DNA from: a virus
Taxonomy: Duplodnaviria > Caudoviricetes
DNA: 38,729 nt
Strand: one strand, 5' to 3'
IMG/VR virus record: IMGVR_UViG_3300049472_000070
Span: 1 to 38,729 of that record
The notes below the pieces were generated by a model. That model made no database searches, was not told the DNA's origin, and was given only the letters and a program-made list of their open reading frames with translations. The position numbers were made by a program, and so were the translations under genes. Positions 15,823 through 25,078 of the stretch are shown here, piece after piece. Within the stretch, counting starts at the first letter, position 1, and each line of letters begins with the position of its first letter.

Positions 15823-18048
15823 GTGGCGAAGCCGGGCCGTCCAGCGGGGCAGGGTCGTTCGGTGATTTCGATTCCGAACGGCTGGAAGCCGCGTGATTAC
15901 CAGCAGGCGGCGTGGGATGCCGCGAAGGCCGGATGCCTGCGGCACTCGCTGGCATGGCACCGTCGTGCGGGTAAGGACGATTTCGCGCTGAACCGGACGG
16001 CGGTGGGGATCATGCAGCGGGTCGGCACGTACTGGCACATGCTCCCGCAAGCGAACCAGGCGCGACGGGCGATTTGGGATGCTGTGGACGAACGTACCGG
16101 CGTTCGGCGTATTGACCAGGCGTTCCCGATTGAACTGCGCGAAGTGACCCGCGAGCATGAGATGTTCATCCGGTTCAAGAACGGTTCAACGTGGCAGGTC
16201 GTGGGGTCGGACAACTACAACGCGCTGGTGGGTTCGCCGCCGATTGGAGTGGTGTACTCCGAATACGCGATGGCCGACCCCGCGTCATGGGCGTTCCTGC
16301 GCCCGATCCTGGCGAACAACGGCGGCTGGGCGATGTTTATTTCCACGCCGCGTGGGCAGAATCACTTCGCGAAGCTGCATCGGTTTGCGCTCAATGACCC
16401 GGCGTGGTTTGCGGAAACACTCGGGGTCGAGGACACGATGGCGATCCCCGCCGAAGTGATTGACCGCGAACGCCGCGAACTGGCGGCAGAGCGCGGCGAG
16501 GCCGAAGCCCGAGCGATTGTTGAGCAGGAATATTACTGCTCGTTTGACGCCGCCCTGCCGGGGTCGTACTACGGCGAACTGATTACCCGCATGGAGGCCG
16601 AAGGCCGGGTGGGTGCGTATCCGTGGGACCCCCGGTATCCGGTGGGCTGGGGTAGCGACCTGGGTATGCGGGACAGCACCACGTTTTGGTTCTGGCAGGA
16701 TATTGGGAACCGGCCACGGTTGATTAATTTCTTCGAAGGGTCGGGGATTGATGATGTTGGCTGGTACGTGAACAAACTGAATTCCCTGCCGTACACCTAC
16801 GGGCGGGGGCTGCTGCCGCATGACGGCGGGCATAACCGGCTGGGCATGGCGGGGAGTATCGCGGAGCAGATGCGGCGGCTGGGGATGAAGAACGAAATCA
16901 TCCCCGTCACGAAAGACCGTGTGGCCGCGATTAACCAGACCCGGCTGTTCCTGGCGAACGCCGTGATAAACACCGAACCCGAGCCGTTCCCCGGCGAAAC
17001 CCCCGACGAGGCCGCCGCCCGCATGACCCGAGCGATCACCGGACTGCGGATGTACCGGCGCGAATGGAACGAGCAGGCGCAGCGGTTCAACGACGCGCCG
17101 TACCATGACTGGTGTTTCGCAGCAGACACGGAAGTGTTGACGCGTTGCGGAACGCGTCAGATAATTGACCTCCCTGACACTGGTGAGGTTATGACGCTAT
17201 GCGGATGGAAGCCGTATCACAGCCCCAAGCTGACTCGTTCCAATGCCCGTGTTGTGGAGGTCACGCTGTCCGACGGAACTTCGGTGAGATGCACGCCGGA
17301 TCACAAGTGGTTGACGGAATCCGGGTGGAGATTTGCCGAGAGCCTGCTGCCGGGGTCGAGAATCCAATCGTGCTGGACGGACTCACGCAGTATTGGAATG
17401 GGGGGCTTTACCGGAAGTGGCCCAGCACCGACTACTATTCACGCGGCGGAAAGCTTCTTCACCGGGTTGTTTGGGCGGCGGCGTTCGGAGCGATTCCTGC
17501 AAGACATCAAATCCATCATAGAAACCACAATCCAGCCGACAACCGCATTGAAAACCTTGAGTGCTTGCACGCTTCCGAGCATCACAAAGAGCGACACGCA
17601 GAATCAAGAAACCGGGTCATTGGCGACAAAGCCCGCGCTGCGGCGGCAGAGTGGCACCGAAGCGAGGAAGGAAGGCTGTGGCACAGCCGCCATTCGCTCC
17701 GGGCGCAGGGCTGGACTAAGTGGAAGCGGGAGCCTAGGCCGTGCTTGGGATGCGGCGAAACGTTTGATTGCTTGGTTCGCGGGCAAGGCCACGAGCAAAA
17801 GTATTGCTCACAGTCATGCAAGGCCCGTGCATATCGTGAGCGTAAAAACGGTGGAGGCAACTGAACCTGTTTGGTGCATTACGGTTCCGGGCGAGGAACA
17901 CTTTGCCCTAGCAAACGGGGCCATTGTCCACAATTGCTCCAACGTGGCGGACGGACTACGCAGTGTCGCCATCGGCCACCGCCCCCTGAAAGACCCCTCC
18001 CGGTTCGCCGCCAAGCGTGGCGGTGTCCGAATCGCGGATGGGGTATAG
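15823..18048 (+). CDS. terL: Terminase large subunit, intein-containing
   Basis: PRDYQ, WHRRAGKD, VVYSEY, FISTPRG, QEYYCSF, DLG.RD, LPHDG, HDW|CSN.ADGLR. Confidence 0.95.
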   Translation: MAKPGRPAGQGRSVISIPNGWKPRDYQQAAWDAAKAGCLRHSLAWHRRAGKDDFALNRTAVGIMQRVGTYWHMLPQANQARRAIWDAVDERTGVRRIDQAFPIELREVTREHEMFIRFKNGSTWQVVGSDNYNALVGSPPIGVVYSEYAMADPASWAFLRPILANNGGWAMFISTPRGQNHFAKLHRFALNDPAWFAETLGVEDTMAIPAEVIDRERRELAAERGEAEARAIVEQEYYCSFDAALPGSYYGELITRMEAEGRVGAYPWDPRYPVGWGSDLGMRDSTTFWFWQDIGNRPRLINFFEGSGIDDVGWYVNKLNSLPYTYGRGLLPHDGGHNRLGMAGSIAEQMRRLGMKNEIIPVTKDRVAAINQTRLFLANAVINTEPEPFPGETPDEAAARMTRAITGLRMYRREWNEQAQRFNDAPYHDWCFAADTEVLTRCGTRQIIDLPDTGEVMTLCGWKPYHSPKLTRSNARVVEVTLSDGTSVRCTPDHKWLTESGWRFAESLLPGSRIQSCWTDSRSIGMGGFTGSGPAPTTIHAAESFFTGLFGRRRSERFLQDIKSIIETTIQPTTALKTLSACTLPSITKSDTQNQETGSLATKPALRRQSGTEARKEGCGTAAIRSGRRAGLSGSGSLGRAWDAAKRLIAWFAGKATSKSIAHSHARPVHIVSVKTVEATEPVWCITVPGEEHFALANGAIVHNCSNVADGLRSVAIGHRPLKDPSRFAAKRGGVRIADGV
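17113..17934 (+). mobile_element. Intein (274 aa) in TerL nuclease domain
   Basis: Block A CFAADTEVLT, block B CTPDHKW, block F PVWCITVPG, block G IVHN followed by +1 Cys; removal restores PYHDW-CSNVADGLR. Confidence 0.93.
17199..17864 (+). CDS. HNH homing endonuclease with C-terminal Zn finger, out of frame inside the intein (start uncertain)
   Basis: LHRVVW...G.IP...IHHRNHNPADNRIENLECL..SEH, AAEWHRSEEGR.WH, CxxCG..F...KYCSQSCK. Confidence 0.85.
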   Translation: MRMEAVSQPQADSFQCPCCGGHAVRRNFGEMHAGSQVVDGIRVEICREPAAGVENPIVLDGLTQYWNGGLYRKWPSTDYYSRGGKLLHRVVWAAAFGAIPARHQIHHRNHNPADNRIENLECLHASEHHKERHAESRNRVIGDKARAAAAEWHRSEEGRLWHSRHSLRAQGWTKWKREPRPCLGCGETFDCLVRGQGHEQKYCSQSCKARAYRERKNGGGN

Positions 18049-18076
18049 TCGCGCCACGCTCCCCAGGAGAACCCCG

Positions 18077-18277
18077 ATGTCGTTCCTGATGCCGAAAGTC
18101 CCGAAAGCCCCCAAGGTGATCGCGCCGCCGCCGACGCCCACGATTGACGAAGCCGCCGTCCGCGCCGAGGACGAGATGCGTATCCGCCGTCGCCGGGGTC
18201 GCGGTGCGTACGTGGTCGCCGGGAAAAACCGCAGCGCCGCACCGACTGTTGCCACGAAGCAGCTCACTGGACAGTAA
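18077..18277 (+). CDS. Small virion/assembly protein preceding portal
   Basis: AGGAG RBS; Pro-rich N-terminus, RRRRGRG, KQLTGQ end typical of podovirus pre-portal genes. Confidence 0.7.
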   Translation: MSFLMPKVPKAPKVIAPPPTPTIDEAAVRAEDEMRIRRRRGRGAYVVAGKNRSAAPTVATKQLTGQ

Positions 18278-18279
18278 CC

Positions 18280-18417
18280 ATGAAACTCGCGCCCGGATTG
18301 TTCGCCGCAGGAGTCGTGACGTTGTTTTTTTTCAGCATCGTCGGCGGGCTGATGCTGCTGCTGGCATCGGCGGTGATGTGCGCCATCGAATACAGGAAGG
18401 TGCCGGATGAGCAGTGA
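18280..18417 (+). CDS. 45-aa hydrophobic membrane peptide
   Basis: Read manually: MKLAPGLFAAGVVTLFFFSIVGGLMLLLASAVMCAIEYRKVPDEQ. Confidence 0.4.
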   Translation: MKLAPGLFAAGVVTLFFFSIVGGLMLLLASAVMCAIEYRKVPDEQ

Positions 18418-20056
18418 AGTAGCAAACGGGATCATGCAAGCGCAGGCCGAGATGGAGGCGCAGCGGTATAACTTCGATTCCACTTGGCAGCGCATCGCTG
18501 ACCTGATTGATCCCGACAACGCCCTGTTCCTGCGGCAGACGCCGTGGCAGGGTGAGCGCCGGGATCGCCAGCAGTTCGATTCAACGGGGCAGTTGGCGCT
18601 GGAGCGTTTCAGCGCCGCGATGGAATCGGTGCTGACGCCGCGCACATCGCAGTGGCACATGCTGGAACCCGTGGACGATTCGCTGCGCCAGAATTTCCGC
18701 GTGATGCAGTGGTGCGAACAGATGACCCGCCGCCTGTTCCGGGCGCGATACGCGCCGCAGGCGAATTTCGTGGGGGCATCGTCGGAACACTACCGATCCT
18801 TGGGGGCCTACGGTAACGGCTGCACGTTCGTTGATGACATCCCTGGCCGCACGATCCGGTATCGCAGCGAGTTCATCGGCCACATATGGGTGTCGCCGGA
18901 TCACACCGGCCTGCCTGCCGCCGTGCATCGGAAGTTCACGCTGACCACGCGCCAAGCCATCGGGATGTTCGGCGCGGATGCATTGCCGCGTTCGATCACG
19001 AACCAGCGCCCGGAAACGATGCATGAGTTCCTGCATTGCGTGAAGGCGAGGATGGACTACGACCCTGACCGCCGTGACGCGAAGGGGAAGCAGTTTGCAT
19101 CGTATTACGTATCGTGCAGCCACGGCGACGAAGTGTTGGAGGAAGGCGGCTATCGCACGATGCCGTATATTTACTCGATGTATTCCACTGCGCCGGGAGA
19201 AACGTATGGGCGTGGGCCTGCATCGCGGATTCTGAACACGCTGAACACGATCAACGAGCAGCAGAAAACCATGCTGCGGGCGGGTCAGTTGGCCGTTGAT
19301 CCGCCGCTGCTGATGCCCGAGGAAGATATCCTTGAGTCGTTCAGCCTGCGCCCCGGTGCGCTGAATTTCGGCGGCGTGGATTCGATGGGCAACGCCCGCG
19401 TGAGGCCGTTTGAGTCGGGTTCGAACCTGGGCATCGGCCTTGAGATGGTGCAAGACTCGCGGCAGGTGATTAACGATGCGTTCTTCGTAACGCTGTTCCA
19501 GATTCTCGTTGAGAACCCGCGCATGACCGCCACCGAGGCGCTGCTGCGGGCGCAGGAAAAGGGCGAACTGCTGGGGCCGCCACTGGGTCGGCAGCAGACC
19601 GGATACCTGTCGCCGCTGATCGAACGCGAACTGGACATCCTGTTCCAGATTCCGGGGATTCTCGATGACATGCCGCCCGAGTTGGCGGAGTCGGGCGGGC
19701 TGGTGGATGTTAAATACACTTCGCCGCTGAACCGTTTGCAGCGGGCGTCGGAGTCCACCGGCATCATGCAGACGTTTGAACAACTGACGCCGTGGGCGCA
19801 GGTTGACCCGAGCGTGTTCAAAGTGTTCAACCCGAGCCGCGTGGCCGCACGACTGGCGGAAATCAATGGCGCACCGTTTGATGTCCTGAACAGTGTTGAG
19901 GAAATGGCGGCCATCAAGGCGCAGGAAGATCAGCAGGCGCAGATGGGTGCGCTGCTGGAAGCCGCGCCGATTGCTGGCAAGACCGCGCTTGACCTGGCCC
20001 GCGCCCAGCAGATCAGCGGCGCGAACCCCACGGCGGCGTTGCTGGGAGGCGGCTAA
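18407..20056 (+). CDS. Portal (head-tail connector), T7/BPP-1 type
   Basis: FDSTG, GETYGRGP, RMTATEAL.R.QEK..LLGP, YTSPL. Confidence 0.92.
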   Translation: MSSEVANGIMQAQAEMEAQRYNFDSTWQRIADLIDPDNALFLRQTPWQGERRDRQQFDSTGQLALERFSAAMESVLTPRTSQWHMLEPVDDSLRQNFRVMQWCEQMTRRLFRARYAPQANFVGASSEHYRSLGAYGNGCTFVDDIPGRTIRYRSEFIGHIWVSPDHTGLPAAVHRKFTLTTRQAIGMFGADALPRSITNQRPETMHEFLHCVKARMDYDPDRRDAKGKQFASYYVSCSHGDEVLEEGGYRTMPYIYSMYSTAPGETYGRGPASRILNTLNTINEQQKTMLRAGQLAVDPPLLMPEEDILESFSLRPGALNFGGVDSMGNARVRPFESGSNLGIGLEMVQDSRQVINDAFFVTLFQILVENPRMTATEALLRAQEKGELLGPPLGRQQTGYLSPLIERELDILFQIPGILDDMPPELAESGGLVDVKYTSPLNRLQRASESTGIMQTFEQLTPWAQVDPSVFKVFNPSRVAARLAEINGAPFDVLNSVEEMAAIKAQEDQQAQMGALLEAAPIAGKTALDLARAQQISGANPTAALLGGG

Positions 20057-20365
20057 GTGCGGAAAGCATGGGATCAGGCCACCGAGCGCGTTCGCCATTG
20101 GCTGCGGCGCAAGCATGACTACGACGGGTGTTTCCGCACCAACGGCGTCGAGATGTCGAAAGCAGGCGTCGGGGTGCTGCGCGACATCGCGCAGTTCTGC
20201 GGCGCGTATAAATCCACGGCGAAGGTTTCGCCGGTTCAGCGCGAAGTGGATGTCCACGCGATGCTGATTGCCGAAGGCAGGCGGCAGGTGTACCTGCACA
20301 TTCAACGGCGGTTGCGACTGACCGACGATCAGATTCTCAACATGATGGAGGAAGCACATGAGTGA
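20057..20365 (+). CDS. Bbp19-like protein
   Basis: G..VLRD...FC...AEGRRQVYLHI; conserved post-portal position. Confidence 0.75.
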   Translation: MRKAWDQATERVRHWLRRKHDYDGCFRTNGVEMSKAGVGVLRDIAQFCGAYKSTAKVSPVQREVDVHAMLIAEGRRQVYLHIQRRLRLTDDQILNMMEEAHE

Positions 20366-21176
20366 CCAGCCGAACACGCCCGCAGCAGCGGACAACGGCG
20401 GCAGCAGCGCACCGTGGTATGCCGGGGTGTCTGATCCTGACCTTCGTGGTCTTGCCGAGTTGAAGAAGTGGGACAGCGCCGACAAGGCGTTGCAGTCGTA
20501 CAAGCACCTGGAATCGCACATGGGCGTTCCGCCCGAGCGCCTGCTGAAACTGCCCGAGAAGCCCGACGATCCGGGCTGGGGCGACATCAAGGCCAAGCTG
20601 GGGTTCGCCGCCCCGGATACCCCGGAAGCCTACGAACTGCCGATCCCCGAGGGGTTCGATCAGGAGTACGCCAAGGCCGTCGCTGCGAAGGCGAAGGAAC
20701 TGGGCATCCCGAAGCACATGCTCAAGGGGCTGGCCGAACACAACAACGAACTGGTCAAGGCCGCGCTGGACGCCAGCGAGAAGGCCGACGCCCAGCGGCA
20801 GGCCGACGCCCTGACCGCCCTGCGGCTGGACTGGGGTGGCACCTACGAGCAGACGATGGCCCTAGCCCAGCGGGCGGAGGAAACCGTCATGCGGGAAACC
20901 GGGCTGTCGCAGGAGGCGGTGGACGCTTGGCGGGCGGCTGACCCGCAGGGGTACTACAAGCTCCAGGCGTACATCGGGTCGAAGATGGGCGAGGCCCGCC
21001 GGATTGACGGCGGCACGGCTCCCGAGCAGCAGCATATGTCCCCCGAGGCGGCCCGCGTCCGGCTCAAGGAACGCATGGGCGACAAGGACTGGTTTGACCG
21101 CTGGGAGCGTGGTGACGCCGAGGCCCGGAGCGAGTGGAAGCGGCTGAACGGCATCCTTCGGGACGCCAACGGCTGA
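20358..21176 (+). CDS. Capsid scaffolding protein
   Basis: SYKHLE..MG, P.TPEAYEL, L..DWG; position before MCP. Confidence 0.75.
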   Translation: MSDQPNTPAAADNGGSSAPWYAGVSDPDLRGLAELKKWDSADKALQSYKHLESHMGVPPERLLKLPEKPDDPGWGDIKAKLGFAAPDTPEAYELPIPEGFDQEYAKAVAAKAKELGIPKHMLKGLAEHNNELVKAALDASEKADAQRQADALTALRLDWGGTYEQTMALAQRAEETVMRETGLSQEAVDAWRAADPQGYYKLQAYIGSKMGEARRIDGGTAPEQQHMSPEAARVRLKERMGDKDWFDRWERGDAEARSEWKRLNGILRDANG

Positions 21177-21358
21177 CCTGTTGCAGAACGCGGCGCAGCG
21201 GAGTACGCTGCGCCGTAACTGGCCCACAACCGCGCTGCGGCGGGCCTGACCGGCAGGATAGTCTGCCCGTCGCCCGGCGTACCGGGAAGCGGTAGGGTTC
21301 CAGTTCATCGGGCAAACCCGAAGCGAATCATCCCCTTTGATTCTTTCGGAGTACGACC
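21177..21358 (+). promoter_or_regulatory. Structured capsid-gene leader
   Basis: Five hairpins including a perfect 10-bp stem at 21191-21215. Confidence 0.45.
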
Positions 21359-22270
21359 ATGAGCGTGAACGCACCGACCCTGTATGTGCAGGAATTTGCC
21401 AGCACGATTGAACTGCTGACCCAGCAGAAGCAGTCGAAGCTGATGTCCGCTGTCACCGTGGGTGGCGGCCACTACGGCGAACAGGCTTCGCCGGTTGACC
21501 AGGTTGGCCTGATCGAAGTGGCGGAGAACGCCACCCGTTTTGAGCCGATGCCGCGCACCGACGCCCCGTTTGACCGTCGCTGGGTGTTCCCGACCAACTG
21601 GGACTTGAACCAGCTACTCGACAAGAACGACCTGCTTCGGATGATGACCGACCCGAAGAACGGCATGGCGCAGGCCGCTGTCGCTGGCATGAACCGTCGC
21701 CGCGACCGCACCATCATTGATGGCCTGAACGGCACCAACTTCACCGGTCGGGCTGGCACCACGCCGATCACGTTCCCGGCTTCGCAGGTGGTGGGCGTGA
21801 ACACTGGCGGCACCGCTTCCCGTTTCAACGTGGCGAAGCTGCGCCAGGGCCTTGAAATCCTGATGGCGAACGATGTGGATGTGGACTCGGAGGAACTGTA
21901 TTGCGTCATTGACGCCCGCGCCCACAGTTCGCTGCTTCAGGAAGTCCAGATCACCAGCAGCGACTTCAACGCTGGCAACGATGTCCCCGTCCTGCGCGAT
22001 GGCCGCGTGGCCCGCTTCATGGGCTTCAACTTCATCCACTGCGAGCGCCTGACCGAGTTCAACGGCACCGACGATGCGGCTGGCACGTCCACCCCGATCT
22101 TCATGTTTGCCAAGTCCGGTGCTTACTTCGGCGGCTGGCAGGACATCAAGGTGGATGTCACCGAGCGCAAGGATGTTCGCGGCCTGCCGTGGCAGCTTTA
22201 CATCGCTGCGACCTTCGGCGCGACCCGCCTTGAAGAGAAGAAAGTCGTGCGCGCCTGGTCGCGTCCGTAA
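21359..22270 (+). CDS. Major capsid protein
   Basis: QQKQSKL, RRW, RRRDRTII, FMGFNFI, GATRLEEKKVV (BPP-1/epsilon15-like). Confidence 0.9.
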   Translation: MSVNAPTLYVQEFASTIELLTQQKQSKLMSAVTVGGGHYGEQASPVDQVGLIEVAENATRFEPMPRTDAPFDRRWVFPTNWDLNQLLDKNDLLRMMTDPKNGMAQAAVAGMNRRRDRTIIDGLNGTNFTGRAGTTPITFPASQVVGVNTGGTASRFNVAKLRQGLEILMANDVDVDSEELYCVIDARAHSSLLQEVQITSSDFNAGNDVPVLRDGRVARFMGFNFIHCERLTEFNGTDDAAGTSTPIFMFAKSGAYFGGWQDIKVDVTERKDVRGLPWQLYIAATFGATRLEEKKVVRAWSRP

Positions 22271-22299
22271 CCCTGCCCGCCTGACACGGAGAACCCATC

Positions 22300-22797
22300 A
22301 TGGCTGTCGTGAACACCAAGAGTTCCAGCATCACCAACCGCGATGCCACCCCGGCAGTCGCTTCCAACTCGCGCCTTACCAAGGCGAACGTGATGGAAGG
22401 GCTGGGTGTGGTGGCTGTCGCCAACGGCGACTCCATCGCCTCCACCCTGCGCTGCACTTCCATCCCGTCGAACGCTCGCATTTCGCAGGTGCTTCTGTCC
22501 TGCACCGCGATCACTTCGGGCGCTGGCGACATCGGCCTGTATCAGACTGCCGACAACGGCGGGGCGGTCGTGGACGCGGACTTCTTCGGTTCGGCGGTGT
22601 CCATCGCCACCGCGCTGTCCAACTCCGATGTCACCCGCGAGTCCGGCATCGTCACCGTTGCGAACATGGAGCTTCCGGTGTGGCAGGCTCTTGGCCTGAC
22701 CGCCGATCCCGTTCGTGACTACGATGTGGTCATCACCCTGACCGCCGCCACCACGGCTGCTGGCGCTGCGGCGCTGACGGTTCGTTACACGGTGTAA
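22300..22797 (+). CDS. Capsid cement/decoration protein
   Basis: Beta-rich jelly-roll-like protein directly after MCP. Confidence 0.65.
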   Translation: MAVVNTKSSSITNRDATPAVASNSRLTKANVMEGLGVVAVANGDSIASTLRCTSIPSNARISQVLLSCTAITSGAGDIGLYQTADNGGAVVDADFFGSAVSIATALSNSDVTRESGIVTVANMELPVWQALGLTADPVRDYDVVITLTAATTAAGAAALTVRYTV

Positions 22798-22801
22798 CCC
22801 T

Positions 22802-22831
22802 GTAGGGCGGGGCTTCGGCCCCGCCCTGCTT
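22802..22831 (+). terminator. Strong cUUCGg hairpin (leaky terminator or stabiliser)
   Basis: AGGGCGGGGC-TTCG-GCCCCGCCCT; no long U-tract. Confidence 0.55.
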
Positions 22832-22845
22832 CACGGAGAACGGAA

Positions 22846-23040
22846 ATGGCTGACCGCTGGTACAACGCGCCGCTGGGCGCACAGATCGCACAAGAGGTTG
22901 CCGAGGGCGCTGCCGACACCGCGCAGTTCGTGGGTGTCCGTGTGACGTATGACGCAACCGGCAATTCCCGAGAGCTTGCCATCCTTGCGCTTGATGCTTG
23001 CAAGATGGCGATTCTGCAAGACACTTGGCCGCCGGTCTAA
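22846..23040 (+). CDS. Hypothetical virion-region protein
   Basis: GGAG RBS. Confidence 0.65.
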   Translation: MADRWYNAPLGAQIAQEVAEGAADTAQFVGVRVTYDATGNSRELAILALDACKMAILQDTWPPV

Positions 23041-23055
23041 TCAGGGAGAACCGCA

Positions 23056-23406
23056 ATGGCAGTTCGCCCTGTTGACTCAACCGATTCCGATGTTGCCGTC
23101 CTGTTCACCTGGTCGGGGTTGCTGAACACCGATACCGGCGAACCCGTCGAGGCTCCGGCCTACGGCGACCGCACGATTCAGGTGGAAGGCACGTTCGGCG
23201 CAGGCGGCAACGTCCAGATTCAGGGTTCCAACGACAACGTGAACTGGCGGGCGCTGAATGACCCGCAGGGAACCGTGCTGGACATCACCGCTGCGAAGAT
23301 CGAAGTCCTGCTGGAAAACCCACGCTACGTCCGCCCGAACATCACGGCTGGCGATGGCACGACCGCGATTGCGGTCACGATGTATTGCCGGAGGGCTTTC
23401 CGATGA
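23056..23406 (+). CDS. Beta-rich putative structural protein
   Basis: IQVEGTFG.G..V.IQGSND..NW. Confidence 0.7.
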   Translation: MAVRPVDSTDSDVAVLFTWSGLLNTDTGEPVEAPAYGDRTIQVEGTFGAGGNVQIQGSNDNVNWRALNDPQGTVLDITAAKIEVLLENPRYVRPNITAGDGTTAIAVTMYCRRAFR

Positions 23407-23873
23407 GTGAGATGACGCTCAAGCAAGCGATCAACGAGGCCGGAAAGTGGGGCCACCTGATGCGTTCGCTGTCCACGATCACCGACGTACTCAAGGCGGT
23501 GGAGGGGGCTGACCAGCATCTCAAGGAAACCGCCGACCTGATCGAACGCAACAAGGCTGCTGCGGTGAAGGCGGGCAACGATGCCGCCAAGGCCGAGTCC
23601 GAAGCTGCCAACGCGAAGGCGCAGGCGCAGGCTATCCTGGCCGATGCGAAGTCCAAGGCCGACAAGGTGCTGGCGGAGGCCACTGCCGAGGCCGAGGCGC
23701 TGAAGGCCGGCGCTGCGGAAGCGGTCAAGGAAGCCAACAAGAAAACCGCTGCGGCCAAGGCCAAGGCTGATGATTTCGAAGCGAAGTCGAAAGCGCTGGC
23801 TGCGGAAGTCGCGGCGCTGGATGGCAAACTCAAGGCGGCCCAGGAATCGGCACGTAAACTGCTGGGGGGCTGA
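23403..23873 (+). CDS. Ala/Lys-rich coiled-coil protein
   Basis: Composition; ATGA overlap. Confidence 0.7.
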   Translation: MSEMTLKQAINEAGKWGHLMRSLSTITDVLKAVEGADQHLKETADLIERNKAAAVKAGNDAAKAESEAANAKAQAQAILADAKSKADKVLAEATAEAEALKAGAAEAVKEANKKTAAAKAKADDFEAKSKALAAEVAALDGKLKAAQESARKLLGG

Positions 23874-23876
23874 TTC

Positions 23877-24281
23877 GTGGCTACATTCAACAAGTTCAAC
23901 GCATGGGTCGAGAACATGGTGGAGGCGGCGAATCTCGCCACCGACACCTTCGTTGTCGCGCTGACGAACACCCTGCCAACGGCTGCGAACAGTGTCCTGA
24001 CGGACATCACGCAGATTTCGTACACGAACCTGTCGGCGCGGACGCTTACCACGGCGTCCAGTTCGCAGACGGGTGGCGTTTATTCGCTGGTGTTCAACGA
24101 CTTGGTGCTGACGGCATCGGGGCCGGTGGCGACTTTCCGCTATGTGGTGATTTACGACGATACCGTGACTTCGCCCGCTGATCCGCTGGTGTGCTGGTAC
24201 GACTACGGCAGCGCGGTAACGATGGCGGCGGCTGAAACCTTCACCATTGACTTTGGTGCCAACGTGTTCACGGTGACGTAA
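23877..24281 (+). CDS. Putative structural protein
   Basis: MATFNKFN...FRYVVIYDDT...YDYGS..T....ETFTIDF. Confidence 0.75.
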   Translation: MATFNKFNAWVENMVEAANLATDTFVVALTNTLPTAANSVLTDITQISYTNLSARTLTTASSSQTGGVYSLVFNDLVLTASGPVATFRYVVIYDDTVTSPADPLVCWYDYGSAVTMAAAETFTIDFGANVFTVT

Positions 24282-25078
24282 TGGCGATCACGACTCTTGA
24301 CGGCTACATCGCGGCGACGAAGCAGAACATCACGCACGGCAAGACCGCATCGCGTACTGCGGTGGCGGGCATCCCGTTCAGCGTTTTTGACTTGGCGGGA
24401 TTCCCCGGCGCTGGCGTTCTTGCCGGTACGTCCACCACGGCGGGCGTTGTCCCGACCGATGCGACGGCAGGCACTCCGACGATCAATGCGTTCGGCGGCG
24501 GCGCGACGGGCTACCTGTCGGGCGTGTCGTTTGGCTCCACGGTGGCCTGCCGCATCCGTATTTGCGACCTGCTGTGGAAGGCGGGCGCGTACCCGTTCAA
24601 CGCCGCTGTGGCGCTGTCGTTGCAGCCCAGCTACGCGGGCCGAGTTCCGGGCGGCACGGACTTCAAAGGCACAGAGATGTGGCTGGAGGCGGTGACTGCG
24701 TTCACCGGGAACCAGTCCATCAACATCACGTACACGAATCAGGATGGGACGGGCGGGCGATCCACCGGCACCATCGCCACTGGCACGGCCCCGATTGTTG
24801 GCCGCATGTTCCAGTTGCCGTTGCAGTCGGGCGACTCGGGCGTTCAGCGCGTGGACAACGTAACGTCCACCGTGTCCACGGTTGGCACGTTTAACGTGCT
24901 GGTGCTGCGGCCCCTGTGGGAAGGCCGCGTGGCATCGGTGGCGGCGGGCGATGTCCATGACCTGATCCGCACCCGGATGCCGCAGGTGTTCGCGGATTCG
25001 GCGCTGTATATCCAGATCATCCCCGATTCCACGGCAACGGGCATCCCGTCGCTGCTGTACGAGGTAGCCAATGGCTAG
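24281..25078 (+). CDS. Putative structural (fibre/decoration) protein
   Basis: Thr/Gly-rich beta protein in late operon. Confidence 0.7.
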   Translation: MAITTLDGYIAATKQNITHGKTASRTAVAGIPFSVFDLAGFPGAGVLAGTSTTAGVVPTDATAGTPTINAFGGGATGYLSGVSFGSTVACRIRICDLLWKAGAYPFNAAVALSLQPSYAGRVPGGTDFKGTEMWLEAVTAFTGNQSINITYTNQDGTGGRSTGTIATGTAPIVGRMFQLPLQSGDSGVQRVDNVTSTVSTVGTFNVLVLRPLWEGRVASVAAGDVHDLIRTRMPQVFADSALYIQIIPDSTATGIPSLLYEVANG

